64,000 bases of DNA from Fimbriimonadales bacterium (GTDB lineage Bacteria; Armatimonadota; Fimbriimonadia; Fimbriimonadales; ATM1), in contig JBPCLO010000027.1 of NCBI GenBank assembly GCA_051003155.1, positions 37,014 to 101,013 of the forward strand, written 5' to 3'. A model generated the notes under the pieces. The model did not search any database and was not told where the DNA came from. It was given only the letters and a program-made list of their open reading frames with translations. Shown in pieces: positions 59,195 through 64,000 of this stretch. How positions within the stretch are numbered: the first letter of the stretch is position 1; every line of letters starts with the position of its first letter. Made by a program: the position numbers and the translations under genes.

Positions 59195-61165
59195 CTATCG
59201 TTTAGATCGAGCTCTGAGCAATCGCTTCACGTATTGACTTAGTGCTACCTGTGTGAACGGCTTGTCCAGCACATTCTCGCCTCTTTCGACTGTCCGGCCA
59301 TGGTGTCCGGAAGAGTAAAGAACCGCGACCTTAGGATGGCGACCCACTATAGCCGCTGCCACCTGCGGCCCTTCCTGATCAGGCAGCACCAGGTCGATGA
59401 TGAGCAAATCGAGCTTCTGGAAACCCTCCTTAGCCACCTTGAGGGCTTCTGCTCCGCTCTTCGCGACCCGAACGAGGTAACCGTCCTCTTTTAGAGTGCT
59501 CGCCGCAAGTTCGCGGGCGTCCGAGTCAGAGTCCACAACCAGAACCGAGTCGACGCAGCTCTCTTGAGAAAATAGCTGCAGCCCATCCGGAGCGGCTAAC
59601 GACTCCTTCGCCTTAGGCAACAATATCCTGAACGTCGTTCCTTTGCCGGGCTTGCTTTTAGCGCTGATCACGCCACCCGACTGTTTGATCAAGCCATAGG
59701 CCGTTGAAAGCCCGAGCCCGGTGCCTTGCCCTACCTCTTTGGTAGTAAAGAACGGTTCGAATATCCGCTGCAACGTCTTCTTGTCCATGCCTTCACCCGA
59801 GTCGGTTACGGTCAGTTCGACAAACTCGCCCCGGAGCTCGTTGCCGGGCTCCGCCTCCGTTATGTTGCGGGTCGAAAACACCAGAATTCCGCCCTTGGGC
59901 ATTGCGTCACGCGCATTCACGGCAAGATTCACGAGCACTTGCTCGAACTGGGGTGGACCGACAAGGACCGGATGGAGGTCTTCCGCAAGCTTGAGCTTGA
60001 CCTTGATGTCCGCCCCCAATAGGCGTGAGAAGATGGTTTCCGCGTTCCATACGATTTGGTTGAGGTCGGTCAGTTTGGGCTGAATCAATTGCTTTCGGGC
60101 GAATGCCAACAAGTGCTTCGTCAGCTCGGCAGCGCGCAGCCCGGCCTTATTGATGTGCGCAACGCTCGAATAGGCTGGATGGCCCGGGGACAGCGCAGCC
60201 TCGGCGAGTTCGGCGTGTCCAAGCAACGCAGTAAGAATATTGTTGAAATCGTGGGCGATGCCGCCGGCGAGCCTCCCGATGCCTTCGAGTTTTTGCGATT
60301 GGATCAATTGTTCTTCGAGAAACCTAAAATCCGTAACATCGAGCAAGAAGCACCTTGTGTTCACGAATCCGTCTTCCCAAGCGGTATCCGAATTGATGAT
60401 CACCCGTTTCGTCGTCCCGTCCTTGCACCGCATGCTGGTCTCGAAGTTTTGAATCGACTCTCCTCGCATCTGCCGGGCAACAGCCCGTTGCATTTCCGTT
60501 CTGTCCTCGCAGAAATCGATAATATTGCTGCCGACGTATTCATCCCGATGGTATCCGAGCATATCGAGTTCGACCCGGTTTGCGCTCAGGATGATTCCGT
60601 CTTGGTCTTGGATGTGAAGGCCTACGGCAGAATTTTCGAAGAAGCTTGCCAGGTCCTGGTCCCTTCGTCGGAGTTCCTGCTCCGTGTAACTGTGGACCAG
60701 GTATCCGTTCACCTTGCTGAGGCCGACCCCAAGCATTGTCTTGTCGCGCTCCGTTGGAAAATCGGGCCCTGCCGAACCGGCCATGAACACTCCTTGCCTA
60801 CCCTCGGGCGCAAGATTGTGCACGGCGACGCAGACCTCGCGACGGTCGCCGGGACTGCCAATCGACAACTGCCTCCAGCCGGCAGCATGTTCTACCGCTG
60901 CCATCTTTCTGGTAGCTTCCAGCCACGCTGTCGGCTCGTCGCCCCGTTCCGGCAGGCGCAAAGTTTCGCGCGACCCGCCACGAATCGCGTCGGTGGCTAA
61001 GTAGACGAACTCGAGATCCAGGATTTGCAGGAGGGTCGCCGCCAAACTTTCGAAGACGTAGTCCACATCCCGTGTAGCCCACGCAGTGCTGAGGGACGTA
61101 AGAGAAACCAAATCCCTTAGACTTTGCCGTAACCGTTTTACTTCGTCCGTCGTCGACTCTTCCAT
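59195..61165 (-). CDS. PAS hybrid sensor histidine kinase with receiver domain (CckA-like)
   Basis: PAS domain; LAGGIAHDFNN, NLAVNARDAM, FEPFFTTK and GTGLGL motifs; C-terminal REC domain. Confidence 0.92.
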   Translation of the reverse strand: MEESTTDEVKRLRQSLRDLVSLTSLSTAWATRDVDYVFESLAATLLQILDLEFVYLATDAIRGGSRETLRLPERGDEPTAWLEATRKMAAVEHAAGWRQLSIGSPGDRREVCVAVHNLAPEGRQGVFMAGSAGPDFPTERDKTMLGVGLSKVNGYLVHSYTEQELRRRDQDLASFFENSAVGLHIQDQDGIILSANRVELDMLGYHRDEYVGSNIIDFCEDRTEMQRAVARQMRGESIQNFETSMRCKDGTTKRVIINSDTAWEDGFVNTRCFLLDVTDFRFLEEQLIQSQKLEGIGRLAGGIAHDFNNILTALLGHAELAEAALSPGHPAYSSVAHINKAGLRAAELTKHLLAFARKQLIQPKLTDLNQIVWNAETIFSRLLGADIKVKLKLAEDLHPVLVGPPQFEQVLVNLAVNARDAMPKGGILVFSTRNITEAEPGNELRGEFVELTVTDSGEGMDKKTLQRIFEPFFTTKEVGQGTGLGLSTAYGLIKQSGGVISAKSKPGKGTTFRILLPKAKESLAAPDGLQLFSQESCVDSVLVVDSDSDARELAASTLKEDGYLVRVAKSGAEALKVAKEGFQKLDLLIIDLVLPDQEGPQVAAAIVGRHPKVAVLYSSGHHGRTVERGENVLDKPFTQVALSQYVKRLLRARSKR

Positions 61166-61200
61166 GGGCTACGCGCAAGGCCCGTTACACACCAGTCACG

Positions 61201-61248
61201 CTTCACGATCTCCTTTTAACAGACCTTCACGATCTCCTTTTAACAGAC
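61201..61248. repeat. perfect 24-bp tandem duplication
   Basis: CTTCACGATCTCCTTTTAACAGAC x2 (61201-61224 and 61225-61248). Confidence 0.9.
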
Positions 61249-61317
61249 TGAGACCCTTCGAAAGGTAAGTGTCTTCCTACTCGTACCTACGCTCAGCAGC
61301 AACTCAGTCGTCGCACA

Positions 61318-62493
61318 TCAGTGCTTGATCTTCGGCCAGTACTCTTTGAATGAGAATCCCGGGCTGTTTTCTAGGGTGTGACAGGGGAGGCATGCCTGCT
61401 CGCCGGCCCCTCCATAGGGCGCATACGGGCCACGGTTGTGTTTCGAGCCGGGGCCATGACAACTCTCGCATCCCACGTTTGCAACTTTTGGGGTCATCTT
61501 GAGGCTCTTGAAGCCACTCGTGTCACCCAAACCGACCACATGACAACCCACGCATTCCGGATCGCGGTCGTTGCCCGTAGACTGCAGCGTCGCGTAAGCG
61601 TGCGCATGAGATGTTCCTTTCCAATCCTCGTAGATCTGGGCGTGACACGAGGCACAGGACTTGCTTCCGGCGTACTTGACCGGGCCCTGTGTTCTCGGAA
61701 GGACGTCGAGCAAATTCTCATCGGCCACCCGCTGAAGATAGCTCTTATAGACAGCGGTCGCATGCGGATCGTCCGCCTTTTCGGGGCCCAGTTCGATAAG
61801 CGTGAAATTAGTCCATTTTCCGGCGATCAGTTCGATCCTGCCAACGTTGCGGCATCGATCGCCCGAACTGACCAACACTGCCGTTCCTACGGTCGTTGGA
61901 TCTTTCGCCGGGTCGCCAGATACGGAGTAAACGATCAAGCCTGGCCCGCCAGTGGCCGCGCGTTCTGCCTCAGCCTTGCCCGCCGCTAAAAGTAAGACCT
62001 CTTTCTTGCCCCCTTCATAGGGCAGCGATGTGTTTGCTCGTATCTGCAGAGGACCGACATCGCGCGGATCGCCCGACCTGTTCAGCAACCCACCGGTCAT
62101 TTCCGCCAGCGAATCCAGCTTGGCTTCGCTCATGCGAGCGTCGAGCGGGCCTACGTTGAGATATGCGGGCTTTAGGTCGGCGAACAATGTGGCCAATGCA
62201 TCGGCCTTCAATTCATCCTGCCTATCTTCCGATTCGGTCCAATTGCCGATATCGACGTAATAAGTGTTGGGTTGTTTGAGCAACGCACGAACGACGCCGG
62301 CCATGCGCTTGATCCCTCCTATTTGGGGCTTCGTGCATCCACACGGCGAGAGGTATCCCCGAATATCGCCCGTAAAGACGAGGACGGCTTCAGGCGGCCG
62401 TGGGGGTTGCGCCGTCAGACCCAACGCCCCGACCGACAGGCAGGCTGACCAGAAGAAGGCTTTCAAGCTGCCTTGGCTCTTTGCTGGGTGCAT
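61318..62493 (-). CDS. exported tetraheme c-type cytochrome (c554-like) fused to an N-terminal UshA/5'-nucleotidase-like domain
   Basis: FTGDIRGYLSPCGC..QIGGIKR N-terminal domain; four heme motifs CASCH, CVGCH, CESCH and CLPCH. Confidence 0.8.
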   Translation of the reverse strand: MHPAKSQGSLKAFFWSACLSVGALGLTAQPPRPPEAVLVFTGDIRGYLSPCGCTKPQIGGIKRMAGVVRALLKQPNTYYVDIGNWTESEDRQDELKADALATLFADLKPAYLNVGPLDARMSEAKLDSLAEMTGGLLNRSGDPRDVGPLQIRANTSLPYEGGKKEVLLLAAGKAEAERAATGGPGLIVYSVSGDPAKDPTTVGTAVLVSSGDRCRNVGRIELIAGKWTNFTLIELGPEKADDPHATAVYKSYLQRVADENLLDVLPRTQGPVKYAGSKSCASCHAQIYEDWKGTSHAHAYATLQSTGNDRDPECVGCHVVGLGDTSGFKSLKMTPKVANVGCESCHGPGSKHNRGPYAPYGGAGEQACLPCHTLENSPGFSFKEYWPKIKH

Positions 62494-62537
62494 CCTTGCT
62501 TCTTAGACGCACGAATCACACCGTATTGCGCGACCCG

Positions 62538-62933
62538 TTATAGGTGCTCAATGAGACCCTCCACCTTAGCCCTGATCTGGTCGCGAATCTCACGTACTCG
62601 CTCGATGGGCTGCCCGGCCGCGTCGTTGAGGCCCCAATCCTCCGATACCAAGACTTTCGCCGAGCAGGCGCCGACACCGCAGCCCATAGTTACGGTCTGG
62701 TCGGCGGAGTCGGCGAGTTCTTGCGTTAGGAGCTTAGGCTTGTGGCCCTCCATCGAAATCCCAAGCTCGTTCATAGCCTGGACGGCGAGCGGGTTGAGGG
62801 ATGCTCCCGAGGCCGTGCCTGCCGACACAGCCTCGATTTTCAGCCCGCGCTCCTTAGCGAAATGGTTGAGGAACGATTCCGCCATCTGAGAGCGACCCGC
62901 GTTGTGAACGCAGACGAAGAGTACTCTCGTCAC
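62538..62933 (-). CDS. arsC: arsenate reductase (LMWP/thioredoxin-type)
   Basis: LFVCVHNAGRSQMAE, TMGCG...C and VREIRDQI motifs; GTG start overlaps the upstream TGA. Confidence 0.85.
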   Translation of the reverse strand: MTRVLFVCVHNAGRSQMAESFLNHFAKERGLKIEAVSAGTASGASLNPLAVQAMNELGISMEGHKPKLLTQELADSADQTVTMGCGVGACSAKVLVSEDWGLNDAAGQPIERVREIRDQIRAKVEGLIEHL

Positions 62934-63406
62934 TCGCAGCAGCCAGTCGCGCAGCATGCAGCATCCGATCTTACAGCGTTCTCGGCGCAACAGGCAGAGA
63001 CTTCTGCGTCCTCATGGGAGTGCTCCTCATCGATCATGTCGTCGGTGAGGGTGTAGACCTCCCACGCATTGCCATCGGGATCGCGAACCCAGATTTTGTC
63101 CTGCTTCGCATAGCAGCAGGTCACGTTTTCTTCGGAGAAGGTCACAAGGCCCGCGGTTTCGAGCCGAGATTTCGCGGCATCGACCTCTTCCTTCGAGTCG
63201 ACGAGGATCCCGAGATGGTTGAGCGGGCCGCCGCGACCGGCGTCGTGCTCCTGCAGGGCAAGCTTAAGCAGCGGTACTTGCAGGTCGAAGCTGGCGTAAC
63301 CGGGTCTACGTTTGTAGGCAGGAACGCCGAAAAAGGCCTCGTACCATTCCATGCTACGAGCGACATTCTTTACGTTCAGCGACAGGTGGGTCTTAGCAAT
63401 TGACAT
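62930..63406 (-). CDS. ArsI/CadI-family VOC metalloenzyme
   Basis: HLSLNV, LNHLGI and TCCYAKQDKIWVRDPDGNAWEVY motifs; Cys-rich tail. Confidence 0.88.
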   Translation of the reverse strand: MSIAKTHLSLNVKNVARSMEWYEAFFGVPAYKRRPGYASFDLQVPLLKLALQEHDAGRGGPLNHLGILVDSKEEVDAAKSRLETAGLVTFSEENVTCCYAKQDKIWVRDPDGNAWEVYTLTDDMIDEEHSHEDAEVSACCAENAVRSDAACCATGCCE

Positions 63407-63740
63407 AGTCTCTATCTCCTTTGGCTAGATCTTGAAGGTGGGCAGCGAGGGACTCGAGCCCTTCCCTCTTCAGTGTGCAGACGGTCGTTTTGCCGCGCCT
63501 TTCGAGCTTGATCAGCCCTGCGTCCTCCAGTTCATGGAGGTGGTGCGAGACCGTCGAAGTGATCTTGTCTGCTCCCGTGATATGGCAGCAGACATCGCCT
63601 GCGGTCGGTCCTTCGACCGCGCCGTACTCATCGACCTCCGCATTGCCGCCGCAGCAGGTACCCGCCAAGCACTCGACGATGTGGAGCCGAGTCGGGTCCG
63701 ACAGCGCCTTGAACATACGTACATTCATTTCGTTGCTCAT
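63393..63740 (-). CDS. arsR: ArsR/SmtB-family repressor
   Basis: FKALSDPTRL and STVSHHLHELEDAGLI motifs; ATG at 63740 lies 7 nt after TATAAT. Confidence 0.88.
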   Translation of the reverse strand: MSNEMNVRMFKALSDPTRLHIVECLAGTCCGGNAEVDEYGAVEGPTAGDVCCHITGADKITSTVSHHLHELEDAGLIKLERRGKTTVCTLKREGLESLAAHLQDLAKGDRDYVNC

Positions 63741-63758
63741 AGAAATGATTATAACACA

Positions 63759-63780
63759 CATTTCGACAATTGTAGAAATG
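63759..63780. promoter_or_regulatory. ArsR operator-like inverted repeat
   Basis: CATTTCGACAATTGTAGAAATG is a 22-bp palindrome with one mismatched pair, just upstream of the arsR -10. Confidence 0.75.
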
Positions 63781-63819
63781 TTTTCGGTAATTGTTTGGCG
63801 CTCTGGAAACCCGTGATCG

Positions 63820-63900
63820 GCGAGCGTGCCGCGATGGACCGATCTCCTCGAAGGGCATGTCGAACATGTCGTGCAGCACGAAACGCGACTTGCTCGGCGG
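63820..63900 (-). pseudogene. short remnant of an ECF sigma factor (SigJ/ECF41-like region 4)
   Basis: Minus strand reads FVLHDMFDMPFEEIG. Confidence 0.5.
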
Positions 63901-63959
63901 TCGTTTGCGTTTCTAGTACAACCAGCCGCTCGGCAATCCGCGATTTTGAACCTGGACGA

Positions 63960-64000
63960 TGGTGGGCGGTACTGGACTTGAACCAGTGACCCCTACAGTG
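63960..64000 (-). tRNA. tRNA 3' half (probably tRNA-Val), truncated by the window edge
   Basis: Minus strand ...CACTGTAGGGGTCACTGGTTCAAGTCCAGTACCGCCCACCA shows the T arm and CCA. The anticodon is mostly outside the window. Confidence 0.85.

Noticed and set aside
61201..61248. 24-bp repeats as a mini-CRISPR
   Set aside because: Directly adjacent with no spacer, only two copies, and no cas genes.
58441..64000. Intact prophage or integrative element at the tRNAs
   Set aside because: No integrase, att duplication or phage genes are visible.

Overview
GC-rich (roughly 60%) bacterial chromosomal segment. Gene content (PEP-CTERM proteins with QQVG/HA.LW.G repeats, an outer-membrane beta-barrel, a stand-alone copper-amine-oxidase-N domain) suggests Armatimonadota/Fimbriimonadia, but that is inference. 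It is mostly housekeeping and envelope genes: a partial GH38 alpha-mannosidase, dprA-like, dinB, ubiE/menG plus polyprenyl synthase, ftsEX-M23, a purF-ruvX-mltG-yqeG-UbiA-GtrA-aroE-tsaC operon, a sugar ABC transporter, PBP1A/mrdA, an O-antigen-ligase-like gene with two GT2s, an isolated nuoG-nuoH pair, fabD-fabG-acpP-fabF, tRNA-Gln(CTG), a partial tRNA (probably Val) and an arsR-arsI/cadI-arsC cluster. I found no CRISPR array, rRNA, integrase or transposase. Most notable signals: (1) a lipoprotein thioredoxin with an in-frame TGA exactly at the first Cys of its CxxC motif (candidate selenoprotein, W-U-G-Y-C); (2) a highly structured candidate RNA of about 140 nt, with C-rich anti-SD-like segments and a terminator, upstream of fabD; (3) a small basic protein resembling crenarchaeal chromatin protein CC1, with its own promoter and terminator; (4) many -10 boxes 5-7 nt before start codons (leaderless mRNAs) and two genes (fabF, mltG) with no canonical start codon; (5) a sigma-70 region-3-like module at the end of the O-antigen-ligase/TPR protein; (6) a decaying ECF sigma/anti-sigma/RseB-like locus and several other frameshifted genes.
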